From assembly GCA_000965745.1 (NCBI GenBank), contig CP009479.1, positions 640,001-704,000 on the forward strand: 64,000 nucleotides of DNA, read 5' to 3'. Under the pieces are notes generated by a model. That model did no database searches and was not told the DNA's origin. It worked only from the letters and a program-made list of their open reading frames with translations. Origin of the DNA: an uncultured archaeon. GTDB lineage: Archaea > Thermoplasmatota > Thermoplasmata > Thermoplasmatales > Thermoplasmataceae. Numbering within the stretch: position 1 is the stretch's first letter; every line of letters starts with the position of its first letter. Both the position numbers and the translations under genes were made by a program. Positions 38,516-49,173 of the stretch are shown here, piece after piece.

Positions 38516-40141
38516 TTATGCGAGTTCCTCATCCTCTTTAATCGGAACGAGCCTCTTGACCTTCCTGTTCTTGTGGTATGCAATGCCTGCGTAGTATCCC
38601 CAGTAGTAGAATACCAGTGATACTGCCACGAATATGGCTGTTCCAAAGAACACTCCGTTGTTGGGATACCAGACAGCTAGGTAGAACTGGTCGAAATATG
38701 TCACTGCAAGCATTGCCAGCAGGAATATTGGCAGCCATACACCATACTTGATATCTCCAGGCTGGAGCCCCTTGCCTCTCTGGTATTCTATCAGGAAGAC
38801 AAGGCCCACGAACATTGCAACAACTATGACAAGTGTTGCCTCCCAACCTGACCAGAATACTAGCAGACTGGCTATTGCGAACGAGAATGGTGAAGATATC
38901 TTCACAAGAGGTATCTTGTAAGGCCTCTTCTCATCAGGGAATACTTTCCTGAGGATAGCAACACTCAGCGCACCCGGCATGTATGATATGACGAGCCCGA
39001 CTGCCACAAGGAGTGCAAGAGCCTTGAATGACGGCATGATCAGGATGAATATTATGGATATGATAAGTACAAGCACATTGCTTGCGAACGGGATTCCCAC
39101 TTTGTTCATCTTGCTCAGTGTTGGAGGGAAGAACCTTCCATCTCTGGCGAGATTATGCCCTACTCTTGAACCTCCTCCGAAGAAGAGGACACCATCCTTG
39201 AATGAAGCTATAAGGGTAGCTATAAGAGCGACTATTGCAACTGCCACGAAGGCTGGGCCTGCAAATCCCTTTGCTGCATCAACGTAAGGGCTCGTGTTAA
39301 GGGCAAGTGAAGACCAATCGCCGGTGAAACTGAAACCGCTGCCGCTAGATGAAAGAACACCAAGGAATGCAAGGCTCTCCACGATGTATATGATAGCTAC
39401 TATTATCATGGTTCCGGAAACAGCTCTGGGAATGGATCTTCCCGGATCCTTCACTTCCTCAGCATAGTCTACAGGATGCCTGAACCCTCCATATCCGTAT
39501 ATCGTGGCTGTTATTGCAATGAAGAAACCACTTGCGCCGAGGGGGGCAACTCCTTTCCACTCAACCCTGTTGAAGTTGGCTGGGTTATAGTGAATGAGGA
39601 AAGCCCCGGCGAACACAATGATCAGGATAATCGTCAGTATTGTCATGATATTGTTGATTTGTCCAAGGTGCTTGATCCTGAAGTTATTGATGACGAATAT
39701 GATCAGCAGTGTGATTATCGTGATAATGATACCAAGCGTTGTCAGGTTCCCGTTTGACGCGGTAAGCGGAGCATAGACTGATCCCAGGTAATCCACAAGT
39801 GCCACCACTATGGAAGGCACTGCAAGGGTATATCCGAAGAAATTACCCCATCCATTTAGCACGCCGACCAAGGGACCGTTGCTCTCCAGTGGATAGTAAG
39901 CAAGACCTCCACCCCTGGGCCACATTGTGCCCATTTCCGCATAGATCATAGCAAGGGGATATATCAATATCAACGCAACAATCCAAGCTATGACTCCAGC
40001 CGGCCCACCGTAACCTAACACCTGAACAGGTGAAAAGGCGATAGCAGGTCCGAGAATTGCACCAACTGCCAAGAACATTGCAGTCCATGTGCTCATTTCT
40101 TTCCTGTATCCTGTCTCATTCTTTTTTTGACCTTCAGTCAT
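38516..40141 (-). CDS. APC family amino acid permease
   Basis: GAILG, GPAG, AEMGTMWPRGGG, AEEVKDP; multiple TM helices. Confidence 0.9.
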   Translation of the reverse strand: MTEGQKKNETGYRKEMSTWTAMFLAVGAILGPAIAFSPVQVLGYGGPAGVIAWIVALILIYPLAMIYAEMGTMWPRGGGLAYYPLESNGPLVGVLNGWGNFFGYTLAVPSIVVALVDYLGSVYAPLTASNGNLTTLGIIITIITLLIIFVINNFRIKHLGQINNIMTILTIILIIVFAGAFLIHYNPANFNRVEWKGVAPLGASGFFIAITATIYGYGGFRHPVDYAEEVKDPGRSIPRAVSGTMIIVAIIYIVESLAFLGVLSSSGSGFSFTGDWSSLALNTSPYVDAAKGFAGPAFVAVAIVALIATLIASFKDGVLFFGGGSRVGHNLARDGRFFPPTLSKMNKVGIPFASNVLVLIISIIFILIMPSFKALALLVAVGLVISYMPGALSVAILRKVFPDEKRPYKIPLVKISSPFSFAIASLLVFWSGWEATLVIVVAMFVGLVFLIEYQRGKGLQPGDIKYGVWLPIFLLAMLAVTYFDQFYLAVWYPNNGVFFGTAIFVAVSLVFYYWGYYAGIAYHKNRKVKRLVPIKEDEELA

Positions 40142-40587
40142 TTGACTTCCAATGTTATACAATCACATGCTATTTAAAAGTTATTCGCTGAAAACACAGC
40201 ATTTTAGCGATTTTGCCATATTTATTTATAAAAACATGTTTATATGTGTGTATTTTAGAATAAGTTTGTGACGGCTTGCATAATTGCTCTTTCCAACGCC
40301 ATTAAGGAGGATGCATTGGATAGACCCCACACCGTATTATATCTAAATGTTATCATGTCCAATTTCGCATTTCTTGTGTTTTTTTAGAAAAAGTAAAAAT
40401 TATAGTTTTTGGTATTATTGGTAACAATCTAATACTGAAATTACACCTTCTGCGACATGGGTCATTGATAGACATTCTCAAACAGCATATTCCCGCCGAT
40501 TCCACTCGCATTCAAAATGTTCTAATACCCCAATTTTCAAAGGCTGCAGAAAACACATGACAGAAACAAATAATAGCATCCGTACCG

Positions 40588-41256
40588 ATGGGTTTATCCA
40601 TGGACATAAAACGAGTAATAGATCTGACAAATGAAGTCAAGACCTTTATGCCGGTATGGCCAAGCGCACCTTTGCCGGAAATAAAGCCAGTAGGTATAGT
40701 CAGCAGGGACAGTTACAACGTAGAGACCATTTCAGCTCTTTCACACAGCGGTACGCACATTGACGCTCCTTACCATTTTGATGAGAAGGGAGATACCGTG
40801 GACAGGATAGACCTTAAGACACTGGTAGGAGAAGGATACTGCCTCATAGTGAAGGAGGACGAAAAGCACGAGATAAAACTCTCCGAGATTAAAGACAAGT
40901 GGAAAAGTGAATACGACGGAAAAATAATACTCCTAAATACCGGCTGGAGCAAAAAGAGAGCATTCACCAAGGAATGGCTATACGAATTTCCCGGCCTCAG
41001 CATGGAAGCTGCGGAATTTCTGTACGACCACAAGATAAAACTTGTTGGTATAGACACTCTTGGAATGGACCCTTACGTCCACGAGGGATTCGACGTGCAC
41101 CACTTCCTTCTGAAGAAAGGAGTAGTTTTCATTGAAGACATGGCCCACCTCGAGGACCTCGAAGAGGGGAAAAAATACTTGATTTCAGCCCTGCCTCTGA
41201 AACTCTACGAGGGGAGCGGTTCAATGGCCAGGGTCGTTGCAATAGAAACGTCTTAG
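40588..41256 (+). CDS. Cyclase family protein (KynB-like)
   Basis: HSGTHIDAPYH, GIDT, HHFLL..FIE, GSMARVVA. Confidence 0.9.
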   Translation: MGLSMDIKRVIDLTNEVKTFMPVWPSAPLPEIKPVGIVSRDSYNVETISALSHSGTHIDAPYHFDEKGDTVDRIDLKTLVGEGYCLIVKEDEKHEIKLSEIKDKWKSEYDGKIILLNTGWSKKRAFTKEWLYEFPGLSMEAAEFLYDHKIKLVGIDTLGMDPYVHEGFDVHHFLLKKGVVFIEDMAHLEDLEEGKKYLISALPLKLYEGSGSMARVVAIETS

Positions 41257-41335
41257 GAAAACCCATAATTTATTCCTTTTTTGCACATAAGCGTCTATAG
41301 ACAGACTTTATATAGCACGCTGAAAATCCATATCT

Positions 41336-42124
41336 GTGAAAGGCTTATCAAATAAGGTGGCTCTGATAAGTGCCGCCAGTTCTGGAATAGGGAAGGCAAT
41401 AGCAAAGGTAATGGCATCAGAAGGATGCAAGGTGCACATTTTCTCGCGCGATGAAGAAAAGATTAGGAAAAGTGCAGAGGAAATATCAAAGGAAACTGGA
41501 GGGAAGGTGAAGTACAGTGTAGGAGACCTTAGCAAAACGGAAGATGTAAAAAGGGTACTTTCAGAGGTAAAGAAAGAATCCGGCGAAATCGACTTTCTGA
41601 TCGTCAACTACGGGGACCCGAAAGTTGCACCTTTCATGGACATATCTGAAGAAGAATGGGATACGAGCATAAACATGATAGTAAAAAGCTCGGTCATAAT
41701 GGCAAGAAACGTTCTCCCAGGAATGTCTGAAAAGGGGGATGGGCGCATAGTGTTTGTAACTTCCCTGACAACAAAACAGCCGCTGGAGAATTTTGCCATA
41801 TCAGCTTCACTGAGGGCTGCTGTTGTTAGCCTCTCAAAAGTTCTGTCGATTGAATTTGCTGAGAAGGGGATTACTTCAAACAGCATATCTCAGGGTTACA
41901 TAATGACGCCAAGGCTTGAAAGCATTGCAGAGAAGAACGCAAAGAAATTCAACATATCAGTGGAACAGGCATACGATGCTCTGAAGCAGGGGATTCCCGC
42001 CAAGAGATTCGGAAATCCTGAAGAGATTGGATATCTTGTATCATTCCTGTGTTCCGATGAAGCATCATACATCAACGGGACAAATATTCAGATTGATGGG
42101 GGAGTTGTAAGATTCCCATTCTGA
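41336..42124 (+). CDS. Short-chain dehydrogenase/reductase
   Basis: AASSGIG, SASLR (atypical YxxxK), RFGNPEE, YINGTNIQIDGG. Confidence 0.9.
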   Translation: MKGLSNKVALISAASSGIGKAIAKVMASEGCKVHIFSRDEEKIRKSAEEISKETGGKVKYSVGDLSKTEDVKRVLSEVKKESGEIDFLIVNYGDPKVAPFMDISEEEWDTSINMIVKSSVIMARNVLPGMSEKGDGRIVFVTSLTTKQPLENFAISASLRAAVVSLSKVLSIEFAEKGITSNSISQGYIMTPRLESIAEKNAKKFNISVEQAYDALKQGIPAKRFGNPEEIGYLVSFLCSDEASYINGTNIQIDGGVVRFPF

Positions 42125-42152
42125 CCCCGCACATTTCAATTTGAGAATAACC

Positions 42153-43043
42153 CTACTTTTTATTCTCGTAATTTTCAAGCCAGTACCTGGCTATCTCTTC
42201 CCGTGTGGCAATCCACACATCCTTTTTTGAAAGCACGTAATCCAGGAACTTGACAAGCGCAGGGAATCTTCCAGGCCTTCCGGACACTCTTATGTGGAAA
42301 GCTGCAGACATCATCTTCGGGACCTCCCTGGACTCTTCATAGAGCACGTCAAACGTGTTAGTTATGTATTCAAGGAACTGGCTGCTTGTGGCAAATCTGT
42401 GCATGGGCGAAAGGAAGTGGAAATCATTTGCATCGGGGGTGTAGGGAACTATCAGAAGCCTGTTGTTCTTGTACTTATGCGGTAGATCATCATCATAGGA
42501 ATCTGAATCGTAAATGAAATTGTCAAACTCTGCCAGAATGTCTATGGTGTTCTCGCTAGGTTCTCTTGCATAAAACCCTACAGGCTTTTTGCCCGTTATG
42601 CGCTCTATTGTCTCCACGGATTTTCTTATCTCTTCCCTCTCCTCTTCATACGTCATCTTGAACGTCTCTGTCCACCTATAACCATGATCGCATATTTCAT
42701 GGCCATCTGAGACGATCATTTTTGCTGCTGCAGGATTCACCTCCAGGGCTTTTGCAGCGGCATAGAATGTTGCTTTCACCTTTTTCTTCTTCAGCAGGTT
42801 AAGGATCCTCCAGATCCCGACTCTCTGCCCGTATTCATAAACCGTTTCCATTCCGACATCTCTGGTGCCCATATCCACGGGACCGAATTCCCCTATGGAT
42901 TCCACAACGCCATCCACAGGGTATGAATGCTCCCCTCCCTCTTCGTAGTTGAAAACTAGTGACAGGGCCAGCGTCTTGCCATCGGGCCATTTGACATCAG
43001 GTGGATTCTGGCCATAACCGATAAAGTCTCTTTCATAGACCAT
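42153..43043 (-). CDS. Polysaccharide-deacetylase-fold hydrolase (PuuE allantoinase-like)
   Basis: RDFIGYG..PP..WP, NYEEGGE, YEYG.RVG.WR, HGYRW, H.RVSGRPGR. Confidence 0.85.
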   Translation of the reverse strand: MVYERDFIGYGQNPPDVKWPDGKTLALSLVFNYEEGGEHSYPVDGVVESIGEFGPVDMGTRDVGMETVYEYGQRVGIWRILNLLKKKKVKATFYAAAKALEVNPAAAKMIVSDGHEICDHGYRWTETFKMTYEEEREEIRKSVETIERITGKKPVGFYAREPSENTIDILAEFDNFIYDSDSYDDDLPHKYKNNRLLIVPYTPDANDFHFLSPMHRFATSSQFLEYITNTFDVLYEESREVPKMMSAAFHIRVSGRPGRFPALVKFLDYVLSKKDVWIATREEIARYWLENYENKK

Positions 43044-43166
43044 GCGATCTAATGTTTTACATGCGATATGAATTTTTGTCCGAAAACTCCTAGAAAAATA
43101 CCGGTGTTTTGAATAAAATGTCAGAAAAAATATGGTCTGGTTTAATTAACATGTGCTTAATTAATC

Positions 43167-43928
43167 ATGATTCCAATGATAGGCGAATTCAGGGAAAAAG
43201 TCAAGAGTTCCAGGGACCTCCTTGGACCCTTAGTGAGCATTTATGATCCGTCAGTTGCGGAGACTTTGTTGCCATTGCATCCAGATTTGCTGGTTGTGGA
43301 CATGGAACATTCAGTTATTGATGTGAGGTCATTGCAGAGTATTGTAATGGCTTCCGGCGAGACGCCCATTCTTGCAAGAATAAGGGGGCTTGAAAAGAAC
43401 GAGATTAAGAAAGTGCTTGACACCGGTGTGGCAGGCATCATAATACCCGGCATAAGGACTGTTGAGGAAGCCGAGCAGGCCGTCATGTTCTCAAAGCTGC
43501 CTCCAGAGGGAATAAGGGGAGCAGGTCCGGGAAGGGCATCCGGTTACGGATACCAATTTCAGGATTACGCTGGAAAAGCAAACAAATCCCTTGTTATAAT
43601 TCAGATAGAGACAAGGAAGGCATTCAGCGATCTGGAAGAAATTCTTTCCGTGAAGGGCCTGGATGGCTATTTCATCGGGCCAATGGATCTCTCCATAAGC
43701 CTTGGAATGGAATATTCATGGAACAATCCAACCTTCGTTGAGGCTATAGACAAAGTGGTCAGGGAAGGCAAGAAGAGAAACCTCATAAGTGGAATATACA
43801 CCCCATTGAACGGAAAAGACTTCAAGAGAGTGAAAGAGAGGGGCTTCAACTTCATCATGTTCGGGTCGGACAGGCAGGCAATGACCATAACCTACGAAAA
43901 TTCACTGAACGGGTACAGGGACCTGTGA
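43167..43928 (+). CDS. HpcH/HpaI family aldolase
   Basis: DMEH, PPEGIRG, QIET, FIGPMDLS. Confidence 0.9.
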   Translation: MIPMIGEFREKVKSSRDLLGPLVSIYDPSVAETLLPLHPDLLVVDMEHSVIDVRSLQSIVMASGETPILARIRGLEKNEIKKVLDTGVAGIIIPGIRTVEEAEQAVMFSKLPPEGIRGAGPGRASGYGYQFQDYAGKANKSLVIIQIETRKAFSDLEEILSVKGLDGYFIGPMDLSISLGMEYSWNNPTFVEAIDKVVREGKKRNLISGIYTPLNGKDFKRVKERGFNFIMFGSDRQAMTITYENSLNGYRDL

Positions 43929-43978
43929 GCCTTTAAGGCACGCACTGATAATAAAATTTTTAAAAGGTGAGTAAAAAA

Positions 43979-45595
43979 CTACTCACCAAACTGTGTTCTT
44001 CTGTATATTTTTACGATTGCACCGGCGATGAGAAACAGTATCGCAAGCCCTATTCCGTATAATGCCCCGTTTGTAAGGGAATTGTCCGGAATTCCCGAAA
44101 TCACGTATATTATCGCTACCGATGACATGGCAAACCCACCTGAGTATGCCACGTAGTACCTGCTTCTCATCATTCTGGGACTCTCTTCTTCAACGATTTC
44201 TGGCTTTTCATTCAGAATTATGAACAGAGAGATGAAAGAAATGCTCGCTGCCATAGCGAGGAGTACAAGGGGGATCTCATACATCATCGCCCTGCTTGTC
44301 AGAAAAGCTGACAGCAGCATTCCAAGGCCAAAGGACGAAAGCCCCAGGAACGTGAAATTTATGAATATACGCTCCGGATGGGGATGCTTTAGCCTACCTC
44401 TTTTTATCCATCCAGTCACAGAGTACACCAGGAGGAACACCACAACAGCAGGTATCAGAAAGAAGAGCAGAACCTCCCAGTCAGGTATTATTACACCTGG
44501 TGTGAGCGCTCCCCATATTGAAAGCCCCATCATGTATATGAGACCAACAATCCCGAGGGAAACGGTGAGTGGCCTTTCAACCAGTTTAAGGCTGCTTCCA
44601 CGATCCAGTATCGGCAGAAGGAGCAGATAGATAAGGGGCGCACCTCCAAACAGGACTGTTCCCCAGAAAGTGCCTATTACTGATACCATGTTAAAGTCCA
44701 TCGCCTTGTAGACAAACAGCAGGAACCACGGGGGGTATGGAGGTACTATCGAAGCAAGGGGGCTGCTCGGCGATACCTGCGGCAGTGGGGAGAAGAGCGC
44801 AGGGACATTCGAAATAAGTGTCAGCACTGATGGGATAAGCAATATCATGAAGAACATGAAGAAGGTGAGCTCAACCATGTACAGTATGTTATACGGGTAC
44901 CATGGCTTGTAATCCGGCTTCTCATGGTCTATCAATGGAGCTTTGAACTCTTTTTTGGTGATCTTGGGCATGATGGTGTTGAACTCCGCAATTATGAAAT
45001 GTACCATGAAGAGCACGCCAATAAGTGCTGTCAGAACAATGTGCCATCCAAGCATCCTTTGAAACAGTGACAATGCCGTGCCATCCCCGAAAAAGATCCT
45101 CTCTATGTATCCACCAATAAGTGGGGCTCCCTGGGCAATACCCCTGCCAACATCAGTTGCGTCTGCTGACAGGACATCCCCGCTCATGGAATACCCGAAG
45201 AACCCTACTCCTATTGTAAGCAGAAGGAGCAGAATACCGGTAAACCATTGCGTCATCCTCGGCTTTTTGAAGGCTCCCACAAAGAGATTTCTCAGAAGAT
45301 GCGCATAAAGAAGCACAATCATTGCATAGGCGCCGTAAAGGTGGGTGGTAAGTATCACTGAACCAAAAGGCGTGGAATTAAGAAAATTCGTTGTGCTGCC
45401 ATACGCATTTGCAGGCTGATAGTAGAACAGTATAACCAGGCCAGTCAGAGCCTCATAAAGAAAAGCTATTGTAACCAGCGCACCCGTCCAGTACCATATT
45501 CCACCCTTTTTCCTCATGTAGTCAGGAACCCTTCTTGGTATCGGCTGGGGGTCATTCATCATTTTTACAAAAACAGGATCATTCTTTTCTGTCAT
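43979..45595 (-). CDS. Cytochrome b of an archaeal Rieske/cytochrome b complex (SoxN/SoxC-like)
   Basis: Heme His pairs HLYGAY...AHL and GWH...VHF; PPWF variant of PEWY; extra C-terminal TM helices. Confidence 0.9.
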   Translation of the reverse strand: MTEKNDPVFVKMMNDPQPIPRRVPDYMRKKGGIWYWTGALVTIAFLYEALTGLVILFYYQPANAYGSTTNFLNSTPFGSVILTTHLYGAYAMIVLLYAHLLRNLFVGAFKKPRMTQWFTGILLLLLTIGVGFFGYSMSGDVLSADATDVGRGIAQGAPLIGGYIERIFFGDGTALSLFQRMLGWHIVLTALIGVLFMVHFIIAEFNTIMPKITKKEFKAPLIDHEKPDYKPWYPYNILYMVELTFFMFFMILLIPSVLTLISNVPALFSPLPQVSPSSPLASIVPPYPPWFLLFVYKAMDFNMVSVIGTFWGTVLFGGAPLIYLLLLPILDRGSSLKLVERPLTVSLGIVGLIYMMGLSIWGALTPGVIIPDWEVLLFFLIPAVVVFLLVYSVTGWIKRGRLKHPHPERIFINFTFLGLSSFGLGMLLSAFLTSRAMMYEIPLVLLAMAASISFISLFIILNEKPEIVEEESPRMMRSRYYVAYSGGFAMSSVAIIYVISGIPDNSLTNGALYGIGLAILFLIAGAIVKIYRRTQFGE

Positions 45596-45605
45596 TTCTT
45601 GCCTC

Positions 45606-46367
45606 CTACTTTGGTGTCCCCGAATTAGATACCTGAGTTTGCGTGTCCGACGACAGGGGGGAGTTTCCTTTCAGGTCATCTGTCTGGCCATAAATCGTTG
45701 GCCCAACCATCGACACTGCCTTGTATGTATCTGAAGTTGAATCATAGTTCAGGACAATATTCGGAAGAGGTTTCTGCGTGGGCCCGCTTAATATGCCGAA
45801 TCCGTTTAGCGGATCATAAGTGCTGCCATGGCAATTGCAGTGAACAAAGCCTTTGTTGCTCGCCCCGGAATAAGAAGTCCCGGGAATGCTGGATCCTGGC
45901 TTGTAGAAGTGAATCATAGGGGGTACGCAACCCAGATGTTCACAGATTGCGCTGGCTGCAACCACAGATTTGTACGGCCCAACCCCGCCTGGAGACTGGA
46001 ATTTCTTGCCTGAGGAAGGGACTGACACATTTACCGATTTTACTTCAACATCTCTGTTGCTGGAATCTCCCATTCTGAGGAGAAAATTTGGCTCTCCCTG
46101 AAGAGGATATTCGAAAAGCACAACTGACGGATCGTTTACCTTGATGTCTGAGGTAGACACCGGCTGCCCCGACGCCGAATTCACGAGTGTCAGGGACGGG
46201 AAACCTGTTATACCCACATCTTTTGGTATTATGTTCTGAACAAGCCCCCTGCCGACTCCCCCTACAGCTGCTGCTACAGCTACTACGGACATGGCCTTTA
46301 AGAAATTTCGTTTGGAAGGATCCCGTATCTCTATGTCAACAGGATTCTCCTTCACATTTTCATCCAT
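45606..46367 (-). CDS. Rieske [2Fe-2S] protein (SoxL/SoxF-like)
   Basis: SKRNFLK Tat-like signal; CEHLGC and CNCHGS. Confidence 0.93.
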   Translation of the reverse strand: MDENVKENPVDIEIRDPSKRNFLKAMSVVAVAAAVGGVGRGLVQNIIPKDVGITGFPSLTLVNSASGQPVSTSDIKVNDPSVVLFEYPLQGEPNFLLRMGDSSNRDVEVKSVNVSVPSSGKKFQSPGGVGPYKSVVAASAICEHLGCVPPMIHFYKPGSSIPGTSYSGASNKGFVHCNCHGSTYDPLNGFGILSGPTQKPLPNIVLNYDSTSDTYKAVSMVGPTIYGQTDDLKGNSPLSSDTQTQVSNSGTPK

Positions 46368-46383
46368 TGAGACATGCCTCCGA

Positions 46384-47601
46384 TTACTGTGCGAATACTG
46401 TACCGGTCATCCATCCCGGAGTTGACATCGCACCGTTCCATCCAGCATTGCCGGAACCACAAGCTGCTTCACACTGCCACGTGTAGCTTCCTGAATTGAG
46501 AGTGAACGAAGTCTGTATCACGCTTGATGGTGTGACAGGTATGTTGATCACTGTGCTTGCCCCACTCAGGAGAGTGAATGTGTGGGCGATGTTCGTGTCA
46601 GGAACATTTGAGACAGGGGCAGTTCCATTCACTACTATCCCATTGGATCCCTGGCTCGAATTGACGTTGGTCTCATTTACTATAGTGATCTGGTTGTTCG
46701 TAGTTCCAGTTACGTTTGCGTATGTAGCTGCTGTATCGGCTGGCCCATCATCATAGTTAACTATTGTGGCAACTATCTTCTTTCCTGCTGGGAGTGTTAT
46801 GTTCTCTGTCGATACCAGCTTTCCATTGTCAAGCACGTAGTAAGCCGGCTGATCTGTTACTGTGTTGTTAAACCAGTTGCTGGTGGATATGAGAAGTGTG
46901 AGTGAGTAGTAGTTCTGTGCCGGAACTGAGCTGGAGACATATACTGCACCGGTCATCCATCCCGGAGTTGACATCGCACCGTTCCATCCAGCATTGCCGG
47001 AACCACAAGCTGCTTCACACTGCCACGTGTAGCTTCCTGAATTGAGAGTGAAGGATGCCTGAATTGTGGATGACGGTGTTATGGGAAGGTTAACGACCTC
47101 CTTTGTACCACTGAATACTGTGAATGTATGGGCAATATTCGAATCGGGAACATGGGTGACTGTCTGGCTTCCGGATACGCTTATTCCGTTTCCGCTGTAG
47201 CTTGAATTTATATTTGTCTCATTGAAAATTGTCATTTCATTGTTCGTAGTTCCGGTGACGTTTGCATAGGCTTGGGCTGTTGTTGCTGGCCCATCATCAT
47301 AATTGATTATGGTCAAATCAATCTGAGTGTTTGACGGAAGCGTTATGTTGGCAGACGATTGCAGCTGTCCGTCATTCAGAACATAAAAGGCTGGCTGATC
47401 TCCTACAGTGCTGTTATAGATGTTGCTTGTTGTTATTACCAAGGTAAGGGAATATGGTGCAACAGTGGCTGGCTGACTGTTGCCGGGATTTCCCGGACCT
47501 TTGGCGCTCTGGCTGATTTCCTGATCATAGACGGCTCCTATGGAGATGCCGCCTATGATTATAACAGCGGCTATTAAAGCATATAGTACATTATCTTGCA
47601 T
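46384..47601 (-). CDS. Membrane-anchored protein with two tandem cupredoxin-like domains
   Basis: N-terminal TM; two ~182-aa repeats, each with IAHTFT and GSYTWQCEAACGSGNAGWNGAMSTPGWMTG; many N-x-S/T sequons. Confidence 0.75.
   Translation of the reverse strand: MQDNVLYALIAAVIIIGGISIGAVYDQEISQSAKGPGNPGNSQPATVAPYSLTLVITTSNIYNSTVGDQPAFYVLNDGQLQSSANITLPSNTQIDLTIINYDDGPATTAQAYANVTGTTNNEMTIFNETNINSSYSGNGISVSGSQTVTHVPDSNIAHTFTVFSGTKEVVNLPITPSSTIQASFTLNSGSYTWQCEAACGSGNAGWNGAMSTPGWMTGAVYVSSSVPAQNYYSLTLLISTSNWFNNTVTDQPAYYVLDNGKLVSTENITLPAGKKIVATIVNYDDGPADTAATYANVTGTTNNQITIVNETNVNSSQGSNGIVVNGTAPVSNVPDTNIAHTFTLLSGASTVINIPVTPSSVIQTSFTLNSGSYTWQCEAACGSGNAGWNGAMSTPGWMTGTVFAQ
46402..47052. repeat. Exact 105-bp direct repeat (46402-46506 and 46948-47052)
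   Basis: Base-by-base identical; encodes the Cys/Met loop of each domain. Confidence 0.95.
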
Positions 47602-48030
47602 ACCGATACGCTAATGATCTTCGGGTGTGAAAAAAGGGGTTCCTAAAATATTAGTACTTCCTACAAAGGACAAGAGAGTTACTATCAAGTCAGCGACTGT
47701 CTTGAGACTTATTTTCATTCACATGTTAAACCTTATATTTAAGGCTTCAGTTGAAAAAAGTGCATGGAAAATCACTCTTTTAGGCTATTTTGACTTAGAA
47801 ACCATTTCAGGAAGAACCACAGATTAAAATACAATTATTAGGCAGGAATTTGCTAGTTCCAAAGTTCGTGCGTTTTCTCCTCAGAATCCTAGTTTCAGAG
47901 GATCTTGCAGCTATTCTGCAATGTCCCAACAAAAAACAGGAAGATATGCATGCCTTCAGGAGGCATTGTTTCAGGCAATTTTAAGAGAATGAACAAAAAA
48001 GGAGGGTATTTAACCCATATCTCGTAAGAG

Positions 48031-49173
48031 TTAAGACACATCCTTTAATAGATAGTCCTCAAAACGGTCAATTCCCGTTTCAAGCGTTTCCTTCGTGCCC
48101 GAAAATGATATCCTAACGCGGTGTTCTCCCTGATCCCCGAACGCTGTGCCTGGGAGCAGGGCAACATCGTATTTATTCAAAAGCCCCTTAGCCAGGTCCC
48201 CCGCTTCCACATTTTTGTCGTATGTGGGGAAAGCATAGAATGCTCCCTCCATTGGGCCACACTCAACACCCTCAATCTCGTTGAGCCTCTTGTATACAAA
48301 ATCCCTCTTTTCCCGGAACTCGTCCCTGAATTTCTTTATGAACCCGTCTCCGTTCTCAAGAGCATATGCAGAAGCCTTCTGTATGAAAGGGGGGGCGCAT
48401 GTGTACGTGTGCTCAATCACTCTTGCCATGTTCTTAATGATATCTTCACCTGCCACAGTGTATCCTGATCTCCAGCCTGTCATTGAGTAGCTTTTCGACA
48501 ACGTGAAAATGCTTATGACATGTTCTGGCGCATCTTCCAAGGAGCCAATTGAAACATGCTTCTTCTCGTATACCAGATCTTCGTATGCTTCATCACTAAT
48601 GATCTTGAAATTGTGTTCCTTTGCAAGCTCAATAAGCTCCTCCAGACTTTTTCTTTCCAGAACTCTTCCTGTAGGATTGGATGGAGTATTGAGGAAGACA
48701 GCAGAGGTGTCAGGCGTTATCTTCTCTTCGATTTTGGAAACATCCAGTGAGTTATCTTCCGAAAGGTTGTACACGACCGGTTCAAATCCGGCAAGTTTTG
48801 CAGGATCTCCATAAAAATAACCGGGATCAGGCATGAGGATTTCCCTCTTCTTCCCCGCAATTGCCAGCATTGCGGCGTATATTGCCTGCTTTGATGTCAT
48901 GAAAATTGTATTTTTGATCTCTGCATTGATGGAATTCTTCTTTGAAGTCTTGTTCACAACTGCATTCCTGAAGTCTGCTATTCCATAGGAAGAAGTGTAG
49001 TGCGTGTTTCCATTCAGCATCTCCCTGTTTGCAACGTCTATTATCTCCTTTGGGGTATCATACATTGGCTCCCCTATTGCGAGGGATATAAGCTTGTCCC
49101 CCCGTGCCAGCCTTTCAAGGACAATATTCACTACTTCAAGGGATGGTGACCCTTCGAGCTCACTGACATACAT
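48031..49173 (-). CDS. PLP-dependent class I/II aminotransferase
   Basis: LAIGEP, NTPSNPTG, SDEAY, SKSYSMTGWRSG; start at ATG 49173. Confidence 0.93.
   Translation of the reverse strand: MYVSELEGSPSLEVVNIVLERLARGDKLISLAIGEPMYDTPKEIIDVANREMLNGNTHYTSSYGIADFRNAVVNKTSKKNSINAEIKNTIFMTSKQAIYAAMLAIAGKKREILMPDPGYFYGDPAKLAGFEPVVYNLSEDNSLDVSKIEEKITPDTSAVFLNTPSNPTGRVLERKSLEELIELAKEHNFKIISDEAYEDLVYEKKHVSIGSLEDAPEHVISIFTLSKSYSMTGWRSGYTVAGEDIIKNMARVIEHTYTCAPPFIQKASAYALENGDGFIKKFRDEFREKRDFVYKRLNEIEGVECGPMEGAFYAFPTYDKNVEAGDLAKGLLNKYDVALLPGTAFGDQGEHRVRISFSGTKETLETGIDRFEDYLLKDVS

Noticed and set aside
46402-47052. CRISPR array or mobile repeat
   Set aside because: Only two copies, in frame inside a coding sequence; no repeat-spacer periodicity was seen anywhere in the window.
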